Shown: piece by piece, positions 28,934 through 38,055 of the stretch
Position numbering within the stretch: position 1 is the first letter of the stretch
Layout of the letters: the number at the start of each line of letters is the position of its first letter
Source of the DNA: an uncultured virus (IMG/VR IMGVR_UViG_3300027754_005401)
Lineage: Duplodnaviria > Heunggongvirae > Uroviricota > Caudoviricetes
Direction: 5' to 3' (one strand)
Virus record (IMG/VR): IMGVR_UViG_3300027754_005401
Length of the DNA stretch: 64,000 bases
Notes under the pieces: model-generated
The model's database searches: none
What the model was told of the DNA's origin: nothing
Seen by the model: the letters and a program-made list of their open reading frames with translations, nothing else
Made by a program: the position numbers and the translations under genes

Positions 28934-29176
28934 TTATTTACCAAAGTTTAAATTGTTTGTCTTTGTGGATTTAAAATCAGGTATCTCCCACATAGGATTT
29001 TCTTCTTTTTCTTTAGTATCATTAGTTAAATTTATAATAGTGTTTTGTGGAGAATTTTGAGAATTAAAATTAGGCATACCAGTAAAATTGATATTTACAT
29101 CTAGTGTTATATGAAGAGAACACTCTCCATCTTTTGTAACTACTTTCACTTTATTGTTGTCTATTTTGTAAACCAT
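28934..29176 (-). CDS. Small hypothetical protein upstream of the actin gene
   Basis: Start revised to MVYKID; contains beta-strand VKVVTKDGECSLHITLDVNIN and WEIPDF. Confidence 0.6.
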   Translation of the reverse strand: MVYKIDNNKVKVVTKDGECSLHITLDVNINFTGMPNFNSQNSPQNTIINLTNDTKEKEENPMWEIPDFKSTKTNNLNFGK

Positions 29177-29180
29177 AGTA

Positions 29181-30146
29181 TTAAAAATATTTATTAATAA
29201 GCTCTTCGATTTTTCCAACGAATTCTTCATTAGTTAATTCAGAAACACAAGGTTTATTACTTATTACATTTGTTTTAGTACAAGCACCATAATTCCAGCA
29301 AGGGCCACAATCCCAATTACCATTTTTCCTATGTCTTTGTAAAACAATTGTATTTTTATAATACTTGCAATATACATATCCATCTACATAGCTAAAAATT
29401 GCTAAATTTGGTTTATTTAACCCACCAGAGCAGTGTAAATGTCCTGTATCTACAGTTATTGTTGCTTTTGATAAGTAATGGGCAGCAATTACATCATCAA
29501 AAGAATTTAAGCATAAAAATGGATATCCTTTTCCTATTAAACTTAAATTAATTTGATTATGTAAAATTATACAATTAATTTTCCTCTGATATAAATACTT
29601 CAATATAAATTCAATTTGACCAACTAATAAATCTTTAGCTGGTTGAGCAGAAAAAGGGCATAATAATACAACAGGAGCTTTATTAAATATTATAAATTTT
29701 TCAATATAAGAGTTTACTTTGATTATCGATTCTTCTCTTGGAGACAAATACATATTATGATTCTCAGGGTAGACACCACAATGTTCAGCCCATATGTCAC
29801 TTCTGTGAGTAACACAATTAACTAAATATTTCCATTCGTGTCTAATGCAAGCATTTTTTAAATCAAATACTTTTATAAAATCATTTTTATTTATTGATCC
29901 TGAATCTGAAATTTCATCTATAAAAGGATGGGATCCTATAGAGTGATAAGCTTTTGGAATTGACCAATTAATATAAAAATGAGGATATTTTTTCTTTATA
30001 TCTTCAAACATCATTCTCATCATTAGAATGTCACCAAACCCACCCATTTCTCTCAAAAATAATATTTTTTTTCTTTTATTATAATATTCATCAATTTTAT
30101 TTATGTAAATATCATTGTTTGGTTTTTTAATTAAACATTTAAGCAT
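29181..30146 (-). CDS. Glycosyltransferase family 9 (heptosyltransferase-like)
   Basis: ILFLREMGGFGDILM, HPFIDEI, ITVDTGHLHCSGGLNKPNLAIF, C.PCW...C...C. Confidence 0.85.
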   Translation of the reverse strand: MLKCLIKKPNNDIYINKIDEYYNKRKKILFLREMGGFGDILMMRMMFEDIKKKYPHFYINWSIPKAYHSIGSHPFIDEISDSGSINKNDFIKVFDLKNACIRHEWKYLVNCVTHRSDIWAEHCGVYPENHNMYLSPREESIIKVNSYIEKFIIFNKAPVVLLCPFSAQPAKDLLVGQIEFILKYLYQRKINCIILHNQINLSLIGKGYPFLCLNSFDDVIAAHYLSKATITVDTGHLHCSGGLNKPNLAIFSYVDGYVYCKYYKNTIVLQRHRKNGNWDCGPCWNYGACTKTNVISNKPCVSELTNEEFVGKIEELINKYF

Positions 30147-30160
30147 AACTTATTATAATA

Positions 30161-30197
30161 AAAAAAGTCATCTTGTTAAAGATGACTTTTTATTTTT
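30161..30197. terminator. Intrinsic terminator
   Basis: aaaaagtcatctt...aagatgacttttt hairpin downstream of 30216..30782. Confidence 0.75.
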
Positions 30198-30215
30198 TAA
30201 AGTTTTATATGCTTT

Positions 30216-30782
30216 TTAGGTATAGCAAATACTTTTTACGCCAGCAATAATTTGAATAGAAGCAGATCCTGCACCAGCAGCAGAGAAACCAAGACTAGTA
30301 ATTTGCAAATCGCCATGATTAAAAGTTTGGGTAGAAGTTGAACCAATTGTGAACTGTGCAGATGGTAATCCGTTTAGTTCGCAAACAACATCATCTTCAC
30401 CATTGTTTGTTATTTGAATAAATGATGCAAATGAATTATAAAGAGTTAAATAATTAATAGCTTCTACAATAGAAGTTGTAACAGTAGTGACATTAGTTAC
30501 TACTGGGAAACTATTTTCACTTGGATCATTACTGTATACAGATCCATCATCGGTTACAGTTTCAACAATAGCATCTTCATAAGATGCTTGAGGATAAGCA
30601 AATTTTTTCCAATAGTTACAATCAGTAAAAGTTTCACCATCCATTAATTCTCTGTAAATCCCATTAGGGCCAGCAACATACATTCCTCTTTGAACAGAAG
30701 GATTTATTTGTGATCCATTAGAAGGATTAATGTCTAATTTTCCTTGATCTATATTATTAAGGGCTACTTTAAATTCACTCAT
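30216..30782 (-). CDS. Putative virion structural protein
   Basis: Strong RBS aaggag, own terminator, upstream TATATA, beta-rich C-terminal domain. Confidence 0.55.
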   Translation of the reverse strand: MSEFKVALNNIDQGKLDINPSNGSQINPSVQRGMYVAGPNGIYRELMDGETFTDCNYWKKFAYPQASYEDAIVETVTDDGSVYSNDPSENSFPVVTNVTTVTTSIVEAINYLTLYNSFASFIQITNNGEDDVVCELNGLPSAQFTIGSTSTQTFNHGDLQITSLGFSAAGAGSASIQIIAGVKSICYT

Positions 30783-30839
30783 TTTTTCTCCTTTAAGATT
30801 TATATTGTATTCTTACAATTATCTAATCTATATATAAAG

Positions 30840-31445
30840 CTAAGAGCTAAAAATGATATTTTCTGGGAAGATTTTCTTATAAATATCTTTACAATAGCTG
30901 TCTTCTACTAGAATTGTTTCTAACCCTCTGTATGCTCCTAGATATAATTCTGGGGATTCTAGACCAGCAATGCATCCTAATTCGTTTACATTGTAATCCT
31001 CATTAACTATTTCATATCCTTTACTTATAATAAACTCTTTTAGATTTTTAAGCTTGTTTGAATTTAAAGTTGTCCTTCTAGTTGATTCTATTATTAAACA
31101 TTTTTTTGATAAATTTTTTACTAGAGGCTCTTTCTTTACAACTAAATTAATATTCGTATCAAGAATCAACGATGTCAATGGATGAACCTTGAAGTTTTCT
31201 TTACAATCATAAATACAACCAAACTTTTTCTTGTTGTTTATTAAGAAATCAAAATCAATAATGTTTTTTTGTTTATTAAAATTTCCAGATACTGATTTGT
31301 TGAATCCATAAAATATTTTCAACTCTGGGAAATATTCTTCTAGTTTTTTTCTAATTAACAAAAGAATTATTGGTATTTCTAAGTTGTGACTTAGATATGA
31401 TATGCAGTAATTATTGTAAATCATATTATAATTTTCAATTATCAT
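30840..31445 (-). CDS. Hypothetical protein, possibly a degenerate glycosyltransferase-like fold
   Basis: IAGLESPELYLGAYRGLETILV weakly resembles the GT9 C-terminal motif; start revised to ATG 31445. Confidence 0.4.
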   Translation of the reverse strand: MIIENYNMIYNNYCISYLSHNLEIPIILLLIRKKLEEYFPELKIFYGFNKSVSGNFNKQKNIIDFDFLINNKKKFGCIYDCKENFKVHPLTSLILDTNINLVVKKEPLVKNLSKKCLIIESTRRTTLNSNKLKNLKEFIISKGYEIVNEDYNVNELGCIAGLESPELYLGAYRGLETILVEDSYCKDIYKKIFPENIIFSS

Positions 31446-31460
31446 GTATATATTTATTAT

Positions 31461-31622
31461 ATGGATGAAAAACAAAAAACAACTGATATTTTAATTGAAA
31501 GCAAAGAAGGTTTACAAGAATTAATGAATAATTTTGATAATAAAGAAGAAGCATTAATTAAATTACTTGAAATTATTAAAGAAAAGGGGAAATTAGATGA
31601 AGCATTTTTTATACCTTTGTAA
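31461..31622 (+). CDS. Small hypothetical protein (53 aa)
   Basis: Manual translation MDEKQKTTDILIESKEGLQELMNNFDNKEEALIKLLEIIKEKGKLDEAFFIPL; fills an otherwise empty gap. Confidence 0.55.
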   Translation: MDEKQKTTDILIESKEGLQELMNNFDNKEEALIKLLEIIKEKGKLDEAFFIPL

Positions 31623-31944
31623 AAGGGATAAAAAAGGGGTTATCCTCCTTTTAACTTTAAATGGCGGGAAAATACCAATAACATACCTTAACGATTTTGA
31701 TAATATTGGATTGCCAGATAATATAAAACAAAAATGTGAAAGATATTATGATTCTTTAAGATTTAATTGGCAAATTGTCGTTGAGTCAAATGATAACTTT
31801 GATATAATTAAAAAGAATCTTCATAAGAATGGTTATAAAAATATACAATTTGATAATGCTCCTTTGTTTTTCAACTTAGAATCAAATAAATTGAATATTT
31901 TAGAAAAATTACCAAAAAAGATGTTGCAAAAAAAAATTATTTGA
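31597..31944 (+). CDS. Hypothetical protein
   Basis: 115-aa ORF with a purine-rich RBS. Confidence 0.6.
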   Translation: MKHFLYLCKRDKKGVILLLTLNGGKIPITYLNDFDNIGLPDNIKQKCERYYDSLRFNWQIVVESNDNFDIIKKNLHKNGYKNIQFDNAPLFFNLESNKLNILEKLPKKMLQKKII

Positions 31945-32006
31945 TTAAACTTAAAATTGTGTTGCTTGTTAAATTTATTTTGCTGTGTTTAAACACGGAG
32001 GTATTT

Positions 32007-32576
32007 ATGAACGGTGTTAAGAATTGGTTGGCATACGCTGGGTTGGCTTGCGTTACAGGCTTTGCAATTTTTCAAAATTATCAAATTAATAAATTGCAAA
32101 TGATTAATCAAATTACTTTTGAAGCTCGCCATCTTACTGATGATAGCTTTAAAGAGTTATTCATGATAACAATGGGTAACATTCGTGATAACCAAATGGA
32201 AAACATCAAAAGCACTGGTAAGGTAGAAGGAATGCTGGCTGTTATTTCAAATCAAAAACCACAAGACAGTGAAACATCTGCATTATGGCATGCTGGATAT
32301 TACAGAGGCATTGATCAAAGCCAAGATATGGCTGCAATTTCTTATGAGACTGGATATCATGCTGCTTTAGATGATATTAGTTGTCCTATAAACAAAAGAC
32401 CAAACTCTGAAACCATAAAAGCTAAGAGTCCTTATAACAAAGATTCTTTAGATTCAGAACAAGATAATAAAATCAAGCCTGTTTCTAATAATTCTAATGA
32501 AGGTAATAAGCCAAAAATTACTACCAGTCCTGAACAAAAAATTGCTCCTGTTAAAGATAAGCCTAATAATAATTAA
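32007..32576 (+). CDS. Membrane-anchored hypothetical protein
   Basis: RBS ggagg before ATG 32007; N-terminal hydrophobic helix; WHAGYYRG and YETGYHAA motifs. Confidence 0.65.
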   Translation: MNGVKNWLAYAGLACVTGFAIFQNYQINKLQMINQITFEARHLTDDSFKELFMITMGNIRDNQMENIKSTGKVEGMLAVISNQKPQDSETSALWHAGYYRGIDQSQDMAAISYETGYHAALDDISCPINKRPNSETIKAKSPYNKDSLDSEQDNKIKPVSNNSNEGNKPKITTSPEQKIAPVKDKPNNN

Positions 32577-32593
32577 GGTATTAGTATGTAATT

Positions 32594-32636
32594 TTTAAAA
32601 AAGCACCATCATTATTAATTTTGGTGCTTTTTTAAA
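32594..32636. terminator. Bidirectional terminator between convergent genes
   Basis: taaaaaagcacca ... tggtgctttttta inverted repeat. Confidence 0.65.
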
Positions 32637-32908
32637 TTTTCTTTTTCTATCAGAAATTTGCCTTTTTTAGTTTCAATGATGATTAATCCTTCAGTTGAAA
32701 TTTCTGCGATCCTTCCTCCATGCTTTCTGAAATATTTAGCCATTTCATAATCATCATTATTTGAATCTACACTTTCAATAACTTCTAATAAATTAGAAAA
32801 GCTTATTTTAGAATAAACTTTAACTCCTATAATATTATTATTATTTGTGTCTTGATCGTTTCCCAGCCATTTTTGAAATCCATCTATTGAAAGATAATTT
32901 TTACTCAT
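32615..32908 (-). CDS. Hypothetical protein
   Basis: ATGA-coupled to 32905..33819. Confidence 0.6.
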   Translation of the reverse strand: MSKNYLSIDGFQKWLGNDQDTNNNNIIGVKVYSKISFSNLLEVIESVDSNNDDYEMAKYFRKHGGRIAEISTEGLIIIETKKGKFLIEKENLKKHQN

Positions 32909-33819
32909 AATTTTAAATATTCTATTAGACTTTCTTTGTTTATATATGTAGCAAAATTAAAAGTTTTTTCTAAACCATGGTGAAAAATATTTAAATTATT
33001 ATTTTTTTTCTTTAACCAGAATACCATAGAGTCAATAATTGATTCCGATAATTTATTTTGTTGATATTGATAATGCAATTCATTGTTGTGTAAAATAGTT
33101 GCAGGTCTTTCTTTTTCAAAAGCCTCAGAACAATAAAGTAAAAATATATTTTTTGCATTACAATAATAACAATAATTAATTGCAGCACAAATTGGATTTC
33201 TATAATCATCTAAATGTTTTGAATCATCATTTTTAACACTTGGATTGTAGTTTTCTAATGGAGTTGGATTGTAAAAATTTATATTTTTATATTTATAATA
33301 ATCAATAAATTTATTATAAACCCTAGTGCTTAATAAACAATTTGGATAAAATTTATTACTAATATTGTTTAAGCATTCTTGAAAAGGATTGTTTTCAACA
33401 AACAAATCAGGTAAAACTTTTATATTATTCCATTTTTTCAAAGAGTTATTAGTTAAAATAATAAATTTTTTATTAATGTTTATTTTTTCTAAAATGTTTT
33501 CTATGTTATTAAAACCAAAACCATCTGAGACTATTATTACATTTTTTTGACTTAAATCTTTTGGTTCAAATCTTGGAATGTTTGAACCAATGTTTTTATT
33601 ATCATTTTCAATGAAGAATTTTATTTCATCATCTTTATAAAGTTTATTAATATCAATTGGTCTTGCATGTGGCAAAGTAAAATTTCTTACCCATATATTT
33701 TTTTCTACATAAATATATTGATTGCCATTTTTATGATTTTTTATTGTTAAATTTTTATCTTTATTTTCTAGGAGGACACGGTATGATTGCAAAACAGGGG
33801 AGGTCTTCGGCATTTTCAT
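32905..33819 (-). CDS. Rossmann-like transferase resembling MptE-like/Maf/sialyltransferase-type domains
   Basis: VIIVSDGFGF...IILTNNSL...PDLFV...NPICAAINYCYYCNAKNIFLL pattern; true start uncertain. Confidence 0.5.
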   Translation of the reverse strand: MKMPKTSPVLQSYRVLLENKDKNLTIKNHKNGNQYIYVEKNIWVRNFTLPHARPIDINKLYKDDEIKFFIENDNKNIGSNIPRFEPKDLSQKNVIIVSDGFGFNNIENILEKININKKFIILTNNSLKKWNNIKVLPDLFVENNPFQECLNNISNKFYPNCLLSTRVYNKFIDYYKYKNINFYNPTPLENYNPSVKNDDSKHLDDYRNPICAAINYCYYCNAKNIFLLYCSEAFEKERPATILHNNELHYQYQQNKLSESIIDSMVFWLKKKNNNLNIFHHGLEKTFNFATYINKESLIEYLKL

Positions 33820-36800
33820 CTCCAGTTAATTTCTTGTAATCAATCTCAACTTTTACTTCTATAGGTGATCCCTTGTAAACCATTTCAATCTCTGGATTGT
33901 CAGGCATACTTAATTTTATTTCACTTGGAATTGAACCAATAAGTTCAATGTAATCTGGTATGCCTGTTACACTTATACTTGTTGGCATGTTTTCAAAGTC
34001 AACTTTAATAGTTTTAGGAATTTCAATATCACTATGTAACTTAATAATTGAAGGTAAATTTTCACTGTTAATTTTAATAAATTCTGGAATTGAACCAGCA
34101 TCAATGTTAATTTTTTCTGGTATGTTATGATTAATGTTAATTTCATTAGGTATTTGTTGATTAAATATTACATTAATATCTTTAATTTCTGGAACAATAA
34201 CTGAAATATATTCTGGTATATCATGCAAAACCATAATATCGTTAATTTCAGGAACAACAAGCTTAATTTCATCTGGAATACCAACAAAATCATAATTAAC
34301 TTCCATTCCTAATTCATCGTAGTAACCTTGTCCATTGTCACTAGGAGAAATATTTGTTTTCCCAGAGTTTAAAGCTGCTGACACAGCATTCGAAGGACAT
34401 ACAACTCTTACTATACATGAAACAATAGGAGGAGTTCCCCAATCAACAGAAATTCTTGGTGGTCTACCATAATCTAAACTTATATTTGGAGGATTATCAA
34501 ATTTAATAATTAATGATGGTGGTTTTCCAAAAGGTATTGGTGCAAATGATGGTGGCTTATCAAATCCAACTTTTGAAAATGAAGGAGGCGTATCAAAACT
34601 TACTTTTCCAAGTGAAGGTTTATCAAATCCAACTTTTGGAAACGAAGGTATATTTTCAAAACTTACCACAATCTTTGGCACTGGCCCAAAACTTATAAAT
34701 CCAAATGATGGAGGTTCACAGAAGCTTATACATTCAAATGATGGAGGAGAACCAAAACTTATTAAAAAATTAGATGGTGTACAAAAACTAATACATGGAA
34801 TCTTTACACAAACACTTATGCAAGGCATCACAGAAGGAATTAAAAAGCTAATTGGTGGTATTAATGGTATATTGGAAACAAAACTAATTGGTGGTATTTT
34901 TGGCGGGGGACAAATGCTAATACAACTAATAATAGGAACATTACAAAAACTTATACAGGGAGGAGTTGACCAACTTACAATTAAAGATGGAGCCTTTTCA
35001 AATCTTATTTTTTCAAAGCTTGGTGGCTTTTCAAAACTAATAATATTTGGCAATGAAGGTATATTGCAGAAACTTATACATTTAGGAAAACTTGGTACAT
35101 TAATAAAACTAATAGGTGTAAAACTTGGTGCATCACAAAAACTAACGCATGGAAACGATGGTGGCTTACAGAAGCTTATGCATGGAAACGATGGTGCTTT
35201 TGTAAAACTAATAATATTTGGCAGTGAAGGTACATTGCAGAAACTTATACATTGAGGGAAGCTTGGCACATTACAGAAGCTTATACATGCAAACGATGGT
35301 GCTTTTGCAAAGCTAATAATATTTGGCAGTGAAGGTACATTGCAGAAACTTATACATTGAGGGAAGCTTGGCACATTACAGAAGCTTATACATGCAAACG
35401 ATGGTGCTTTTGCAAAACTAATAATATTTGGCAATGAAGGTATATTGCAGAAACTTATACATTGAGGGAAGCTTGGCACATTACAGAAGCTTATACATGC
35501 AAATGATGGTGCTTTTGCAAAACTAATAACATTTGGCAATGAAGGTATATTGCAGAAACTTATACACTTAGGAAAACTTGGAACATTACAGAAGCTTATG
35601 CATGTAAACGATGGTGCTTTTGCAAAACTAATAACATTTGGTAGTGAAGGTACATTGCAGAAACTTATGCACTTAGGAAAACTTGGTACATTACGGAAAC
35701 TTATAGCACTTGGTATACTTGGTAAGTTAACAAAACTTATAGATTTTGGTAAACTTGGTAAGTTAACAAAACTTATAGACTTGGGTAAACTTGGTACATT
35801 TACAAAACTTATAGACTTGGGTAAACTTGGTACATTTACAAAACTTATAGTGCAAAAACTTGGCACATTAACAAAACTTATAGTGCAAAAACTTGGCACA
35901 TTAACAAAACTAATTGCTGGAAAACTTGGTGGTTTTTTAAAACTAATTGCTGGAAAACTTGGGGTTCTATCAAAACTAATCTTTGGAAAAGATGGTGGCT
36001 TTGCAAAACTAATAACTTTAGGGAAACTTGGTACATTAACAAAACTTATAGACTTAGGGAAACTTGGCAGATTAACAAAACTTATAGATTTAGGGAAGCT
36101 TGGCACATTAACAAAACTTATAGACTTAGGAAAACTTGGTACATTTACAAAACTTATAGATTTAGGGAAACTTGGGACATTAACAAAACTTATAGATTTA
36201 GGGAAACTTGGTACATTAACAAAACTTATAGCTCTACAAAAGCTTGGTATATTAACAAAACTAATCGGTGGAAACGATGGTGGCTTCGTAAAACTAATTG
36301 GTGCAAAAGATGGTGGTCTTGTAAAACTCAACTTTGGAAAACTTGGCGGTCTATCAAAGCTTATCTTTATAAACGATGGCGGTCTATCAAAACTTATCTT
36401 TGGAAAAGATGGCGGTCTATCAAAACTAATCTTTGGAAAGCTTGGTGGTCTATCAAAACTAATCTTTGGAAAAGATGCTGGCTTTCCAAAGCTAATCTTT
36501 GGAAAACTTGGTGGTTTATCAAAACTAATCTTTGGAAAAGATGGCGGTCTTGCAAAACTCAACTTTGGAAAACTTGGTGGTTTATCAAAACTAATCTTTG
36601 GAAAAGATGGCGGTCTTGTAAAACTCAATTTTGGAAAAGATGGTATTGTAAAACTAATTGGTGGAAAAGTTGGTGGTCTTGTAAAACTAATTGGTGCAAA
36701 ACTTGGTGGTTTTCCAATGCTTATTTCTGGGAACTTTGGAGGACAAATACTAATACAAAATTTTGGAGGACAAATACTAATACAAAAACTTGGAGGAAAT

Positions 36801-38008
36801 AATTTAATTCCATCATTTGGATTAAATTTAATATTTATAACAGATGGAATACAAGGAAAAAAACAACTAATTGGTGGAATATTAGATGGAGGAATAATCG
36901 TTATTACACTTGGAATATAATTTCCAATTGGTGGAATAACTACACTAATAATGCTAGGTATTGGTTCGGTAGGAATAATTAGTATTGTAGATGGAACATT
37001 AATAGGACTAAATTCAATTAATGACGGAATAGTATTTAGTGGGCCAAAATTAATTTGACTTGGTATTGGAGGAACAACTGATATGATAGAAGGTATATTT
37101 ATATTTGGAATACCAATATCAAAATTAGGAAATATTATAGGTGGAAGATTAATTATTGCATCTGGAACTTGAGGAATTGTAATATCTAAAGGAGGTAAGG
37201 CAGGACATTCAGGAATTTGAATAAATACTGGCTCTGGTGCTACTGGCAAAGTAGGTTCATTTGCATTATTTCTTATCGTTGGAGTTTGAACTATATTACA
37301 GTTATTTGTTTCTACATTAACAACTGGATCTATTTGAACAGATGTTGCATATAAATGCGTACCAGTTAATTCATTTGTAGTAGAAGTTCCATCGCCAAAA
37401 TCAATTTTAAAATTTTTATAACCACCTATAATTTTTAAATTGTAACTTATAACAGTTCCGCTATTTGGATCTTTGCTTAATGTAATGACAGAAAAATTTA
37501 CATCTGGACATCCATAATCATCAAATATAGGAGGTGTATTGAATAAGTTTCTTATTTTCCAATCTAAAGTTTTTTGATCCTCATCAAAATCAATTCCAAT
37601 AAAATTTTCAATATTTACAATTGCTTGAGCTAATTGATTGTGATGCTCAGCTACAACAAGACCTCTAATTGATACACCAGCTAAGTTATAGCGAGTTGGC
37701 TTGCCACCTATATTCCTGATACAGTCTTTTAAAGCTACAACTTTTCCTGTTTGATAATCTTTATCAACTCTTCTGTAATAAAGAAGTTCACCTTCTATAG
37801 TTGCAAATCCATTATCTGGCCAAGGATCTTCAATTAAATTAGTATTTTTATAACCTTCAATATAAATTATTTCAGACCAAGCTTCATTATCTACAACAAG
37901 AAATGACTCGGTAGTATTATGTACCTTGTATAAAGTATAATCAGAATCTATTCCTAAAGGATAGATTGGTTGTGGTATGAAGTTTTGTTCTTTGTCTATA
38001 CTTTCCAA
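33761..38008 (-). CDS. Giant repeat-containing putative virion fibre protein (AEHHN domain + PKD-like domain + PSFPKISF repeats)
   Basis: N-terminal domain paralogous to the next two genes; IDFGDGT PKD-like motif; about 900 aa of 11-12-aa Pro/Ser/Phe/Ile/Cys repeats; TTG start. Confidence 0.75.
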   Translation of the reverse strand: MESIDKEQNFIPQPIYPLGIDSDYTLYKVHNTTESFLVVDNEAWSEIIYIEGYKNTNLIEDPWPDNGFATIEGELLYYRRVDKDYQTGKVVALKDCIRNIGGKPTRYNLAGVSIRGLVVAEHHNQLAQAIVNIENFIGIDFDEDQKTLDWKIRNLFNTPPIFDDYGCPDVNFSVITLSKDPNSGTVISYNLKIIGGYKNFKIDFGDGTSTTNELTGTHLYATSVQIDPVVNVETNNCNIVQTPTIRNNANEPTLPVAPEPVFIQIPECPALPPLDITIPQVPDAIINLPPIIFPNFDIGIPNINIPSIISVVPPIPSQINFGPLNTIPSLIEFSPINVPSTILIIPTEPIPSIISVVIPPIGNYIPSVITIIPPSNIPPISCFFPCIPSVINIKFNPNDGIKLFPPSFCISICPPKFCISICPPKFPEISIGKPPSFAPISFTRPPTFPPISFTIPSFPKLSFTRPPSFPKISFDKPPSFPKLSFARPPSFPKISFDKPPSFPKISFGKPASFPKISFDRPPSFPKISFDRPPSFPKISFDRPPSFIKISFDRPPSFPKLSFTRPPSFAPISFTKPPSFPPISFVNIPSFCRAISFVNVPSFPKSISFVNVPSFPKSISFVNVPSFPKSISFVNVPSFPKSISFVNLPSFPKSISFVNVPSFPKVISFAKPPSFPKISFDRTPSFPAISFKKPPSFPAISFVNVPSFCTISFVNVPSFCTISFVNVPSLPKSISFVNVPSLPKSISFVNLPSLPKSISFVNLPSIPSAISFRNVPSFPKCISFCNVPSLPNVISFAKAPSFTCISFCNVPSFPKCISFCNIPSLPNVISFAKAPSFACISFCNVPSFPQCISFCNIPSLPNIISFAKAPSFACISFCNVPSFPQCISFCNVPSLPNIISFAKAPSFACISFCNVPSFPQCISFCNVPSLPNIISFTKAPSFPCISFCKPPSFPCVSFCDAPSFTPISFINVPSFPKCISFCNIPSLPNIISFEKPPSFEKIRFEKAPSLIVSWSTPPCISFCNVPIISCISICPPPKIPPISFVSNIPLIPPISFLIPSVMPCISVCVKIPCISFCTPSNFLISFGSPPSFECISFCEPPSFGFISFGPVPKIVVSFENIPSFPKVGFDKPSLGKVSFDTPPSFSKVGFDKPPSFAPIPFGKPPSLIIKFDNPPNISLDYGRPPRISVDWGTPPIVSCIVRVVCPSNAVSAALNSGKTNISPSDNGQGYYDELGMEVNYDFVGIPDEIKLVVPEINDIMVLHDIPEYISVIVPEIKDINVIFNQQIPNEININHNIPEKINIDAGSIPEFIKINSENLPSIIKLHSDIEIPKTIKVDFENMPTSISVTGIPDYIELIGSIPSEIKLSMPDNPEIEMVYKGSPIEVKVEIDYKKLTGDENAEDLPCFAIIPCPPRK
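34430..36800. repeat. 33/36-bp coding tandem repeats with a nested 105-bp higher-order repeat
   Basis: Units PPSFPKISFDR and VPSFPKSISFVN; 105-bp period with gaagg anchors at 35226, 35331, 35436, 35541, 35646. Confidence 0.9.
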
Positions 38009-38055
38009 TTATTTACTTTCTTCTAACAATAAAGTATATATTAATAAAGTATATA

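Noticed and set aside
34818..36920. Long plus-strand ORFs (456 aa and 145 aa) with LRR-looking LTKLIDLGKLG periodicity
   Set aside because: Antisense shadow of the PSFPKISF repeats. A stop-free unit stays open when tandemly amplified; the frame is broken by TGA in the 105-bp block, and no RBS or unique domain is evident.
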